DNA of 64,000 nt, taken from NCBI GenBank assembly GCA_965197475.1, contig CBDANF010000002.1:672001-736000 (forward strand). Direction: 5' to 3'. Below, one piece after another: positions 10,801-19,353 of the stretch. The position numbers and the translations under genes are program-made. Within the stretch, counting starts at the first letter, position 1, and each line of letters begins with the position of its first letter. The stretch is from Candidatus Poribacteria bacterium. GTDB taxonomy: Bacteria; Poribacteria; WGA-4E; WGA-3G. Under the pieces are notes generated by a model. It was not told where the DNA came from. It was given only the letters and a program-made list of their open reading frames with translations, and did no database searches.

Positions 10801-11838
10801 TTGTGGGATGCAGTATCTGGCAGACCCTTGCAGGCGTTCAATGGACCATTAGCAGTCACTTCACTACTATACTCACCTGACGGCACCACGCTCACAGGTG
10901 CGAATGAACACAGTATGGTTTGTGTTTGGGATGTAGACACTGCAAAACTAAAACATACTTTTGAGCATTCTGGTGATATCAGAGCTTTGGCATATTCCCC
11001 AGATAGGAAGACATTGGCATCTGGTGGGAGTGACAGTATGATCCGTCTGTGGGATGTCGCTTCAAGGACCCAAAAACTAAAATTGAATGGACCCGACTAT
11101 ATTGAGACAATGACATATTCACCTGATGGGACTACAATAGCAGCTAATGGTGAGTATAACACAGTCCTATTATTGGATGTATCAAGTGGAAACCAAAAAC
11201 AGAAATTTAAACTTGATATGCCGCATCATATTGTCCGCTCAATTGCGTATTCCCCCGATGGGAAGACATTAGCCACCTCAGGACCAGAAAATACAATTGA
11301 ATTGTGGGATGTAATGACAGGAACACTTAAAAAAATACTTACTGGACATACCAAATATGTGCGGTCGGTAGCCTATTCACCAGACGGTAAAACAATAGCG
11401 AGTGGAAGTTCAGACACAAATATTCGATTGTGGGATGCATCCACAGGCGAGCATAAACTTACGCTATCTAATAATACGCATGCTGGGTCTAAAGTGGTGT
11501 TTTCCCCAGATGGTCAGACGTTAGCCAGTACGGGTGATCACAGCAAAATTCATTTGTGGGATTTAGAGACAGGACAACTCAAATCTATACTCAAACACGG
11601 TGCAAATTCTGTAGCATATTCCCCAGATGGTGTGATATTAGCAAGTAGTGCAGGAGGTTCCATTCATTTATGGAATCCACATACTGGTAAACTGAAAAAG
11701 GTATTTTACGGACATTTTAATTATCACAATGTGAATTCGTTAGTTTTTTCACCAGATGGAAAAACGCTTGCAAGCGGTAGTAGTGATGGAACAATCCTAA
11801 TGTGGGATATAACAGAATTCAAAAATACAACTGATTAG
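7855..11838 (+). CDS. large secreted WD40-repeat protein (two tandem multi-propeller modules)
   Basis: Signal peptide and many GH...SVAYSPDG..LAS.S.D..IRLWD repeats. The lead-in WGLPEGAIARLGKG recurs as WNLPDEASARLGKG near 9900. Confidence 0.95.
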   Translation: MKKRLLIILSLLLVSTTFLPNGFAQDFNRWGLPEGAIARLGKGWITDMAFSPDRNQLAVACSIGIWLYNVRTGTEEAFLKGHTELVNSVAYSPDGKILASGSNDWTIRIWDVDKRKHIKTLEGHTGKVNSVAYSQDGETIVSGSDDGIRVWNVENWNDKILYRSENAGIVNMMYSPDEKTLTSLSKNGKIESWDLTSGEKQWTILGYKKSRKLKSLLQNVIKLSSYSLDGKTFANWSGVEMRLYNVVKGNLELLFKKSEISVYSLAFSPNGSTIVTGSDDGTISIWNTKNGEHKRTLPGHSGMVTSVAYSPDGNIVASASLDGTIRLWGAVGGLPKRTFTGHTRNFDLLAYSPNGKTLASRTKNGNIFVWDAKTFKYKFTLAVHTNYKDVLRTAERRNRGTNTERINVPLAYSPDGTTLATADMNNTIRLWDTENGKLKLTFKAKNDEEQPPDQNNRVRRPYTITSLAYSIDGKTLVGGSRDGKIQFWDLEREGHQQTFAEQRFPVIFLGYPLNDRIITSEMVSEINIWDVPKQQLIRTINIQQIRGGRGGINSISFSPDGKTVADANDDNKIFLWNTETGTLQQKISVHTDKVSSIAYSPDGSTLASAGDDNYIRLWDAGTGQYKRTLTGHLGSVTSVAFSPDGKTLASTSDDGTILLWDIAHVKQGNESKPAHEKWTDISQWNLPDEASARLGKGLVKDIAYSPDGNHLAVASSIGTWIYDIRTGAERALFPGPMASIEQISYSPDGRILAGRNSREIYSLDAVTGKYLHTISLNSVHSGSGRRTFMYSRDGSKLVSWGHGGSVQLWDAITGQHRHTIEGTSNSYCFAFSPDGSTIAYSIRAMPEISNKVHLWDGTTSKHKKTLTGHKHGVESIIWAPNGKTIASLSKPNGWSPGSSKIDIQLWDAETGNLKHTLTYDEYVSLVTYSPDGKTLAVGSDMLIYLYDVLSGKLKHKLLGYAPFVFSPDGKTIAVDGYINTISLWDAVSGRPLQAFNGPLAVTSLLYSPDGTTLTGANEHSMVCVWDVDTAKLKHTFEHSGDIRALAYSPDRKTLASGGSDSMIRLWDVASRTQKLKLNGPDYIETMTYSPDGTTIAANGEYNTVLLLDVSSGNQKQKFKLDMPHHIVRSIAYSPDGKTLATSGPENTIELWDVMTGTLKKILTGHTKYVRSVAYSPDGKTIASGSSDTNIRLWDASTGEHKLTLSNNTHAGSKVVFSPDGQTLASTGDHSKIHLWDLETGQLKSILKHGANSVAYSPDGVILASSAGGSIHLWNPHTGKLKKVFYGHFNYHNVNSLVFSPDGKTLASGSSDGTILMWDITEFKNTTD

Positions 11839-11964
11839 TCTGCTCTATTCAATTTTTAGTGTCGCTGAGTTCTAAATAAGCGTCTATCAGTGATGCCTTA
11901 AAATCACAAGTTTACTATAAATTCTTAATTTCTATAGAGGTGTGAAACCTCCTGAAAGAAAAGC

Positions 11965-12729
11965 ATGTTTATTGATTCACACGCACATATACAACTCTCC
12001 CAATTTGATAGCGATCGAACCGCTGTGTTGAAGCGCGCGAAGGACGCTGGTGTCTTTAACATTCTTGTCATTGGGATTGATGTGGAAACCAGTTTTGATG
12101 CAATTAAATTGGCTGAGAGATACGACAACGTCTATGCTACCGTCGGGATGCATCCACACAATGCGAAGCAAATGAATTCTGATGCATACCACTACTTTTT
12201 TGACCTCACGAGACATCCGAAAGTGGTTGCCCTTGGTGAGATGGGGTTAGACTACTACCGCAACCAAGCACCACGCACAGTGCAGAAAAAGGCGTTTGAA
12301 AGACAGTTAGACATCGCTGAAGAATTTGATTTTCCTATCATCATCCACAACCGTGATGCCTATGAGGATATTCTACCTATCTTAGAGGAACGGGATGTAG
12401 GGCAAAACTGCGTGATGCACTGTTTTACGGGTGATTTAGACTTGATGCATAAATGCCTTGAGCTTGAGTTTTACATCGGCATCGGGGGAATTGTCACATA
12501 TCCAAATGCCAAAGATGTGCAAGCCGTGGCGAAAGAAGTGCCACTGGAACGCCTATTAATCGAAACCGATTGTCCGTGGTTAGCACCACAATTCCGACGT
12601 GGTAAACGCAACGAACCTGCTTATGTCCGTGCAGTTGCAGAAAAGATAGCTGAACTAAGAGGCACTACCGTAGAAGCAATTGGTGAAATAACGACAAAGA
12701 ATTTTGATACGTTGTTCGCACCTGATTAA
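11965..12729 (+). CDS. tatD: TatD-family deoxyribonuclease
   Basis: IDSHAH, GMHPH, GEMGLDY, IIHNRDA, MHCFTG, ETDCPWL, RNEP motifs. Confidence 0.93.
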   Translation: MFIDSHAHIQLSQFDSDRTAVLKRAKDAGVFNILVIGIDVETSFDAIKLAERYDNVYATVGMHPHNAKQMNSDAYHYFFDLTRHPKVVALGEMGLDYYRNQAPRTVQKKAFERQLDIAEEFDFPIIIHNRDAYEDILPILEERDVGQNCVMHCFTGDLDLMHKCLELEFYIGIGGIVTYPNAKDVQAVAKEVPLERLLIETDCPWLAPQFRRGKRNEPAYVRAVAEKIAELRGTTVEAIGEITTKNFDTLFAPD

Positions 12730-12752
12730 TCAGAAAGACAAAACTATCAAGT

Positions 12753-13862
12753 ATGAAGCATCTGAATCTTCGTATGTATGCAATGGTGCTCGTTCTCGTC
12801 AGTGTCTGGGTGATTTTTACACTACTGACCAGCGGCACCTTCCTCAGCACTCGGAATCTCTCTAATCTTTCCCGTCAAGCTGCTGTCTCTGCTATCCTCG
12901 CTGTCGGTATGACGTTCGTCATCGTCTCCGCCAACATTGACCTATCTGTCGGCTACGGTGCTGGGTTGCTCGGTGCTATTACTGCAATTCTGCACGTTCG
13001 GTGGGAACAGCCGATAATCCTGACACTCCTCGCCGTTGTCTGCATCGGTATTCTGATAGGATTGATACAAGGCTATCTCGTGGCGTATCAGCGCATTCCA
13101 GCGTTTATTGTCACTCTTGGAGGATTTTTGGTCTACCGTGGCTTGATGTTAGCCTTTACAAAAGGCGAAACTATCCTCCTAAACGATAATTGGTTAAAAG
13201 CCATTGGCAACGCCTACCTTCCACGGACCATCGGATGGGGTATTATGGTTGTTGGACTTGGTGTGAGCGGATATGTGTTTTTCCGTCAACTCTCAAATTC
13301 GGAGTCGGCGCGCACCCTCAAAGCATATTTACCCATAATTTTTAAAATAATTGGGACGTGGGGCTGCATTATCGTATTCGTCACTGTGATGAATATTTAT
13401 AAAGGAATTCCACTGTCAGTGTGTATTCTGTTCGGGTTGGCATTTGTGTTCCACTTCATTGCGAACCATACCCGTTTTGGAAGGTATGTTTATGCTGTTG
13501 GTGGCAATGCCGAAGCAGCATATCTCTCCGGTATCAATGTCCGCGGAATCACGTTGCGGGTGTTTGCAACAATGGGTGCATTAATGGCAATCGCTGGCAT
13601 TGTAATGACAGCGCGCGTCGGGAGTGCAACTTCAGAAGCCGGACGTTTGCTTGAGTTAGATGCAATTGCGGCGTGTGTTATCGGCGGTGCCAGTTTAATG
13701 GGTGGACGCGGCAGCATTTTCGGTGCTATCTTAGGTGCGTTCGTCATGGAAAGCCTTAACAACGGAATGAGCATGGCAAACATGGCAATCGCTTGGCAAG
13801 ATATTATCAAAGGTCTTGTCCTTGTTGCAGCTGTTGGCTTTGATATGGCATCACGAAAATAA
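12753..13862 (+). CDS. sugar ABC transporter permease (XylH/GguB-like)
   Basis: IDLSVG, IPAFIVTLGG, TRFGRYVYAVGGNAEAAYLSGI and ELDAIAACVIGGASLMGGRG motifs; multiple TM helices. Confidence 0.92.
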   Translation: MKHLNLRMYAMVLVLVSVWVIFTLLTSGTFLSTRNLSNLSRQAAVSAILAVGMTFVIVSANIDLSVGYGAGLLGAITAILHVRWEQPIILTLLAVVCIGILIGLIQGYLVAYQRIPAFIVTLGGFLVYRGLMLAFTKGETILLNDNWLKAIGNAYLPRTIGWGIMVVGLGVSGYVFFRQLSNSESARTLKAYLPIIFKIIGTWGCIIVFVTVMNIYKGIPLSVCILFGLAFVFHFIANHTRFGRYVYAVGGNAEAAYLSGINVRGITLRVFATMGALMAIAGIVMTARVGSATSEAGRLLELDAIAACVIGGASLMGGRGSIFGAILGAFVMESLNNGMSMANMAIAWQDIIKGLVLVAAVGFDMASRK

Positions 13863-14014
13863 TTTTTCATGCTGAATTATTGGATTATTTGTATTGTGAT
13901 TTAGATGGAATTGCGTAAATAACGATCTTCGACGAATCTCAAAAACAGTGTGGACACTTCTAAACATCAACAAATCTATTCCTTTGTTATCAAGGCTTAG
14001 AGGAGGGATTTAAG

Positions 14015-14326
14015 TTGGATAGCCAAACAGTTCTTAGCAAACACTTCATCAAACAGAAACTCTTAGACAATCGGGATACACTGAAAAAGTATGGTGTCAA
14101 ACAGATTGGGTTGTCCGGATCCTACGTGAACGGGACTGCACATGCCTCAAGTGACATTGATCTACTTGTTGAATTAGAAAGGTTGACTTTTCACGACTAT
14201 ATGGGATTGACTCTTTACCTTGAAGATCTGTTTGAGAAAAAGGTTGATCTTGTCACCGCTAAATCGATTAAACCGCACCTGAAACCACATATAGAAAAAG
14301 AGGTGGAATATGTCACGGGCCTATGA
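14015..14326 (+). CDS. minimal nucleotidyltransferase antitoxin (MntA-like)
   Basis: GSY...SDIDLLV and LEDLFEKKVDLVT. Overlaps the downstream HEPN gene. Confidence 0.88.
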   Translation: MDSQTVLSKHFIKQKLLDNRDTLKKYGVKQIGLSGSYVNGTAHASSDIDLLVELERLTFHDYMGLTLYLEDLFEKKVDLVTAKSIKPHLKPHIEKEVEYVTGL

Positions 14327-14627
14327 CGTATATTTCCAAGATATAATAGAAGCGATCAACCGTATTGAGTCGTATGTTCAAAGCACTACTCGCTTCCAGT
14401 TTGAAATCGATCGGATGCGATATGATGCAGTCGTCCGTAACCTTGAGATAATAGGTGAAGCAGTCAAGCGGATTCCCGACTTGATTCGGGAGAGTTACCC
14501 AAGTGTTGCTTGGCGAAAGATAGCAGGTTTAAGAGACAGACTGATTCATGCATACTTTGATATTGACACCGACATTATCTGGGATGTGGTGCAATCGGAA
14601 CTCCCGATTTTGAAGAGCGAAGTTTAG
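14310..14627 (+). CDS. HEPN/DUF86 ribonuclease toxin (HepT-like)
   Basis: DAVVRNLEIIGEA, W..IAGLRDRLIHAY (RX4HXY) and IIWDVV. Confidence 0.88.
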   Translation: MSRAYDVYFQDIIEAINRIESYVQSTTRFQFEIDRMRYDAVVRNLEIIGEAVKRIPDLIRESYPSVAWRKIAGLRDRLIHAYFDIDTDIIWDVVQSELPILKSEV

Positions 14628-14937
14628 CGTATTCTTGATGAGCATAGCAGATAATTATATTGATTTGTAAACAAGGTTTGTAACCACACCATCCAAAAGA
14701 AAACCCTCTTATCCGATTGATTAATATCTTGCATCCGTCTTCACTTTTCCAGTGTTATTTATGCTTTTACACTAAGTCACTTCATTAATCTCCTAACTTC
14801 AAACAATTAAGAATATCTCAATAAGATTTGAGTGTTCAATAAAATTAATTCCAAAACCGAAATTTTCTGTCATTTTTTTAAACCGTTTTCCCAAATTTCC
14901 CCCTCTTTATAACTGAAATCTAATTGGGAACCTACTC

Positions 14938-17900
14938 ATGCACTACAATTTTGTCACTCCAAACAATCTGACAGATGAAGAACTGGTTCGACTTGTCCAA
15001 AGTCGCGATGAAGCAGCATTCGCGGAATTAATGTCTCGTTATAGTCCACGAATCTGGAACGTGGTTGTCGAAAATTCAAGACAACGTCGGGATGCGGAAG
15101 AGATTCTTATGGACATCTGGATGGTTGTATGGGATAACATTATCGGTTTACGAAAAGCGGAAAGTTTTAGCGGATGGTTACGGCGAATAGCCTACACCGC
15201 TTGCAACAGATACTACGGTTCTGGATCGCATCGGCATAGTGAAATTATACTGAGTTACGAAGATTTAGCTTTTCAGATTGATAGAGAAGCTGAGCAGCGT
15301 TTTCAGGATGTGAGGCTTCGATCAGATGCAAGAGAGGCTGTGCATAACCTTCCACAAAGGGTCCGTTCTGTAGCAATATTGTACTATCTCGAACTATGGA
15401 ATGTTAAAGAAATTGCAGAAGAACTCAACTTACCGATCGGCACAGTCAAGACGAAGCTAAGTGAAATAAGACACCTTTTACGCCAAGAGTTTGAGGTGGA
15501 ACCTACAAGGGGGAAAACGATGTCACAGGAACAGGAAAAATCTGAAAGTTTACGAACCAAATTTAAAGTTATAGGAATCGGTGGAGCGGGTTGCAATGTT
15601 GTTAAACACATGATAGAAGACGGTTTGGCAGACATTGAATTCTGTGCTGTTGATACAGACACGGAAACACTTAGTGCATGCCACGGTGCAACACAAGTGC
15701 AAATAGGTGTCAACACCGTTCAAGGACAAAGCACGGACGGGAGTCTGGAACTGGGAAGAAGAGCTGCTGCGGAAAGCATAGATGAACTTCGATCTATCGT
15801 CTCAGATGCCAAGATGGTTATCGTTATCGCTGGCATGGGTGGTGGAACGGGCACTGGTGTCGCTCCGGTGGTTGCATCTCTGGCACGAGAACATGGCGCA
15901 TTAACAGTTTGCTTTGTAACCCGTCCGTTCGATTCTGAAGGAGAACACCGTTCAGAACAGGCAGGATACGGAGTGCGGGAACTGCAAAGCGGTACACACC
16001 CACGGGCAGATGCTCTCATCGTTGTGCCTAACCAACGGATATTGGACTTGATCGACCGAGAATTACCGATGCAAGAAGCGTTTCAACAAAGCGATGAAAT
16101 CCTGCTACACGGTATTAAAAACATTACAGATCTCCTTGTAGAAATGGGCGAAATAAGCATTAACTTTGATGATATTCAGGAAACGCTGCGCGACCAAGGG
16201 ACTGTCCTGATGGGTATCGGAAAAGCAACAGGTGAAAATAGGGCAACAATTGCAGCAAAGAACGCTATCTCCTCACCCTTGCTTGAAGGGAACAGCATTG
16301 CCGGTGCTGTTGGAATGATTATAAATATCGCTTCTCCACCAGATTTCACTATGCAGGAATTGGACCAAGCCATGAAAGTAATTTGTAAAACATGTGAAAA
16401 TGCCCAACCCCTCTTCGGATTAATCTTCAAAGATGAAATGGGAGCTAGCGATGAAGTCTTGGTGACTGTAATGGCAAGCGGGTTTGAGTCACAAAGTGAT
16501 CAGACACCACCGATTTCTTCCAGCAAGGGCGGCGACACTCCCAGACAAGACAGTGTTATTTCACCTTCAACCGCTTCAGAATTTGTTCATCTACACAATC
16601 ACAGTGAATATAGCCTGTTGGACGGTGCGTGCCGAATCCCGGATATGGTGCAGTGGGCAATTGAGAACAGTTCGCCTGCTGTCGCACTTACCGACCACGG
16701 TAATATGTTCGGTGCATGGGAATTTTACAACACTGCCAAAGCAGCAGGTGTGAACCCAATTGTTGGATGTGAAGTGTATGTCGAAACAGAAAACACAAGA
16801 ACAGATGGGAATTGCCAATGTTCACCGTCCCATCTCACCCTGCTCGCAGAGGACGCTACAGGCTATCACAATCTCTTAGAATTAACATCACTCGGATATA
16901 CGCAAGGTTTCCACAGTAAACCCCGTATCAATCTGGAAATGCTGCGTGAAAATCATGGTGGTATAATAGCATTGACAGGATGCATCAACGGATTAGTCCC
17001 AAAGTTAATCTGTTCTGATCAAAGAGACGAAGCGGTTCGCAACCTCTTGCAATTGAGAGACATCATGGGAGCAGACAACCTATTTGTCGAAATTCAAAAC
17101 CACTATATTGATGAGGAATTGGCAGCATATCCGGTGATGGTGGAATTTGCAAATGAGTTCAATCTCCCTATTGTCGGCACAAACGATTGTCACTATCTCC
17201 GAAAATCCGACCACCGTATGCACGAGATCCTTCTCTGTATCCAGAGAAAGAAAACCGTCAATGACCCTGAACGGATGCGGTTTGACAATCATTTCTATTT
17301 TAAGAATGTTGACGAAATGCGCGTGGTGCTTAAGGATTATCCACCCGAAGCGATCATCAATACTGTTGAAATTGCCAACCGGTGTAATCTGAGACTTGAT
17401 TACGGCAAAAGTATGATACCTGAATTTGAAGTGCCAGAAGGACATACCAACGACAGTTATCTGAAAGAACTTTGCTATGACGGTTTGCGACAAAAATATG
17501 GGGGACATCTTTCCGAACCGATTCGCAAGCGGTTGGAGTACGAACTTGACATTATCCAACAAACCGGCCACGCTAGCTATTTCCTAATTGTTGCGGATTA
17601 CGTCAGCTATGCGAACAAACAGGGATATCTACTCTCTGCTCGTGGTTCTGCTGCTGGTAGTCTTGTGCTTTATGCGCTCAGTGTAATTAATTTCAATCCG
17701 ATGGAACATGGATGTCTGTTTGAAAGATTTTTAAACCTTGACAGGATGAATCCTCCAGACATTGATATAGATTTCGCTGATCATGCACGTGATGATGTGA
17801 TCAATTACCTTGTGAGAAAATACGGTCATGATTCTGTCGGTAAAGTTGCTACCTTTGCTACGTTAGGGGCAAAAGCTGCTATCAAAGATGTCGGACGTGC

Positions 17901-19224
17901 CCTTGAAATCCCTCTTGATAACGTCGCTAAGTTGACAGGATTAATTCCATCCATACCTGGCATCACGCTTGACGAAGCATTGGAAAAGACACCAGATTTT
18001 CAGGAACTTGCGGAACTCCCTGAAAATAGGGAATTGATAGAGCTTAGCAAGGCGGTAGAAGGTATGAAACGGCATGTTTCATGTCATGCCTCTGCAATCG
18101 TGGTTTCACACGGTTCTCTGATGAATTATGTACCGCTATTCAAGGATAGAAATGGACAAGTTGCAACACAGTTTGAAGGAAAAACGGTTGAAGATGTCGG
18201 CATCATTAAATTTGATACGCTTGGTGTCCGAAGTCTTTCTGAGGTTGCTGACTGTCTCAATATGATTCAAGAAAATCATGGTCGCAAGATTGCACTTGAA
18301 GATATTCCGCTTGACGATGAAAAGACCTATTCACTCATTAGTAAAGGGTTGATTGCTGGGCTATTCCAACTCGAAACTTCTCCCGGTATGTATAAGTTGG
18401 TTATAGAACTCAAGCCGGAAAACTTTGCGGTATTTTCCGCAATTCCCGCACTCTATCGCCCTGGTCCATTGGAAAGTGGTATAATGCAGCAGTTTATTGA
18501 TCGGAAAAACGGATTACAACCTATTGCGTATATACATCCCTCGTTTGAAAATGCGCTCAAAAGCACTTTCGGTGTCTGTATCTATCAGGAACAAGTGATG
18601 CAGATTGCATGTGATACAGCAGGTTTCACACTTGGTGAGGCAGATACCCTCCGCGGGGCAATGGGAAAAAAGAAAGTAGATGTAATCAAAGAACAACGAT
18701 CCAAATTCATTGATGGAGCGGTAGAAAATGGAATTCAAAAAAATGAGGCTGGAGAGGTTTTTGAACATCTCATATCTATAGGTAGATATGCCTTCAACAA
18801 ATCGCACTCCGTCGCTTATTCTATGTTAGCCTACCGAATGGCGTATCTGAAAACGCACTATCCCCATGAATTTATGGCGGCGATAATGAGTGGAGAGGCA
18901 GCGGATAAAGAAAAGATTAAGCGTTACCGAGCTGAATGTGTGAAACTTGCTGACTTCCTCGGTGTAGAAATCAATCTTATTCCGTTAGATATCAACAGCA
19001 GTGAGAAAAACTTTGTTGTGGAAGGCAACGATATCCGTTTCGGACTTGTTGCTGTTGAACGTATTAGTGATGCAGCAATAGATTCAATTCTAACGGAAAG
19101 AAATCGTGACGGTTTATTTACATCACTCCAAGATTTTCGTGATCGTTTGGATTCAACAGAGGTGGATGAAACCGTTATTGAAAACCTCATCAAGTCCGGT
19201 GCATTTAACACTCTTTCTGAATAA
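14938..19224 (+). CDS. triple fusion: ECF sigma-70 factor (aa ~1-190) + FtsZ-like GTPase (aa ~205-516) + DNA polymerase III alpha core (aa ~548-1428, C-terminally truncated)
   Basis: One open frame. Sigma: DAEEIL, FSGWLRRIA, LPQRVR...VKEIAEELNLPIGTVKT. FtsZ: KVIGIGGAGCN, AGMGGGTGTG, RPFDSEG, VPNQ, AISSPLLE, VTVMASGF. DnaE: HLHNHSEYSLLDG, TDHG, TNDCHY, RGSAAGS, PDIDIDF, KFDTLG, YQEQVMQ, YAFNKSHS, LIKSGAF. Confidence 0.93.
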   Translation: MHYNFVTPNNLTDEELVRLVQSRDEAAFAELMSRYSPRIWNVVVENSRQRRDAEEILMDIWMVVWDNIIGLRKAESFSGWLRRIAYTACNRYYGSGSHRHSEIILSYEDLAFQIDREAEQRFQDVRLRSDAREAVHNLPQRVRSVAILYYLELWNVKEIAEELNLPIGTVKTKLSEIRHLLRQEFEVEPTRGKTMSQEQEKSESLRTKFKVIGIGGAGCNVVKHMIEDGLADIEFCAVDTDTETLSACHGATQVQIGVNTVQGQSTDGSLELGRRAAAESIDELRSIVSDAKMVIVIAGMGGGTGTGVAPVVASLAREHGALTVCFVTRPFDSEGEHRSEQAGYGVRELQSGTHPRADALIVVPNQRILDLIDRELPMQEAFQQSDEILLHGIKNITDLLVEMGEISINFDDIQETLRDQGTVLMGIGKATGENRATIAAKNAISSPLLEGNSIAGAVGMIINIASPPDFTMQELDQAMKVICKTCENAQPLFGLIFKDEMGASDEVLVTVMASGFESQSDQTPPISSSKGGDTPRQDSVISPSTASEFVHLHNHSEYSLLDGACRIPDMVQWAIENSSPAVALTDHGNMFGAWEFYNTAKAAGVNPIVGCEVYVETENTRTDGNCQCSPSHLTLLAEDATGYHNLLELTSLGYTQGFHSKPRINLEMLRENHGGIIALTGCINGLVPKLICSDQRDEAVRNLLQLRDIMGADNLFVEIQNHYIDEELAAYPVMVEFANEFNLPIVGTNDCHYLRKSDHRMHEILLCIQRKKTVNDPERMRFDNHFYFKNVDEMRVVLKDYPPEAIINTVEIANRCNLRLDYGKSMIPEFEVPEGHTNDSYLKELCYDGLRQKYGGHLSEPIRKRLEYELDIIQQTGHASYFLIVADYVSYANKQGYLLSARGSAAGSLVLYALSVINFNPMEHGCLFERFLNLDRMNPPDIDIDFADHARDDVINYLVRKYGHDSVGKVATFATLGAKAAIKDVGRALEIPLDNVAKLTGLIPSIPGITLDEALEKTPDFQELAELPENRELIELSKAVEGMKRHVSCHASAIVVSHGSLMNYVPLFKDRNGQVATQFEGKTVEDVGIIKFDTLGVRSLSEVADCLNMIQENHGRKIALEDIPLDDEKTYSLISKGLIAGLFQLETSPGMYKLVIELKPENFAVFSAIPALYRPGPLESGIMQQFIDRKNGLQPIAYIHPSFENALKSTFGVCIYQEQVMQIACDTAGFTLGEADTLRGAMGKKKVDVIKEQRSKFIDGAVENGIQKNEAGEVFEHLISIGRYAFNKSHSVAYSMLAYRMAYLKTHYPHEFMAAIMSGEAADKEKIKRYRAECVKLADFLGVEINLIPLDINSSEKNFVVEGNDIRFGLVAVERISDAAIDSILTERNRDGLFTSLQDFRDRLDSTEVDETVIENLIKSGAFNTLSE

Positions 19225-19353
19225 CACCTCCTCCCTACTTGTATGGGCAGGTCGCTGCGCCTGCTCATCCTTCTGTACTGATCCTAATCCAATATCCCAA
19301 TTGCAATCATCTTTTTAGATAACTTGCATAAAGTGTTAACTTTTGTTAAAATA

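Noticed and set aside
7855-11838. Diversity-generating retroelement target in the repeat protein
   Set aside because: No reverse transcriptase or template/variable repeat pair with adenine-specific mismatches was seen.
14938-19224. Intein or split-intein explanation for the long DnaE ORF
   Set aside because: No C/S...HN intein termini or LAGLIDADG motifs were seen. The extra length is N-terminal and clearly sigma plus FtsZ.
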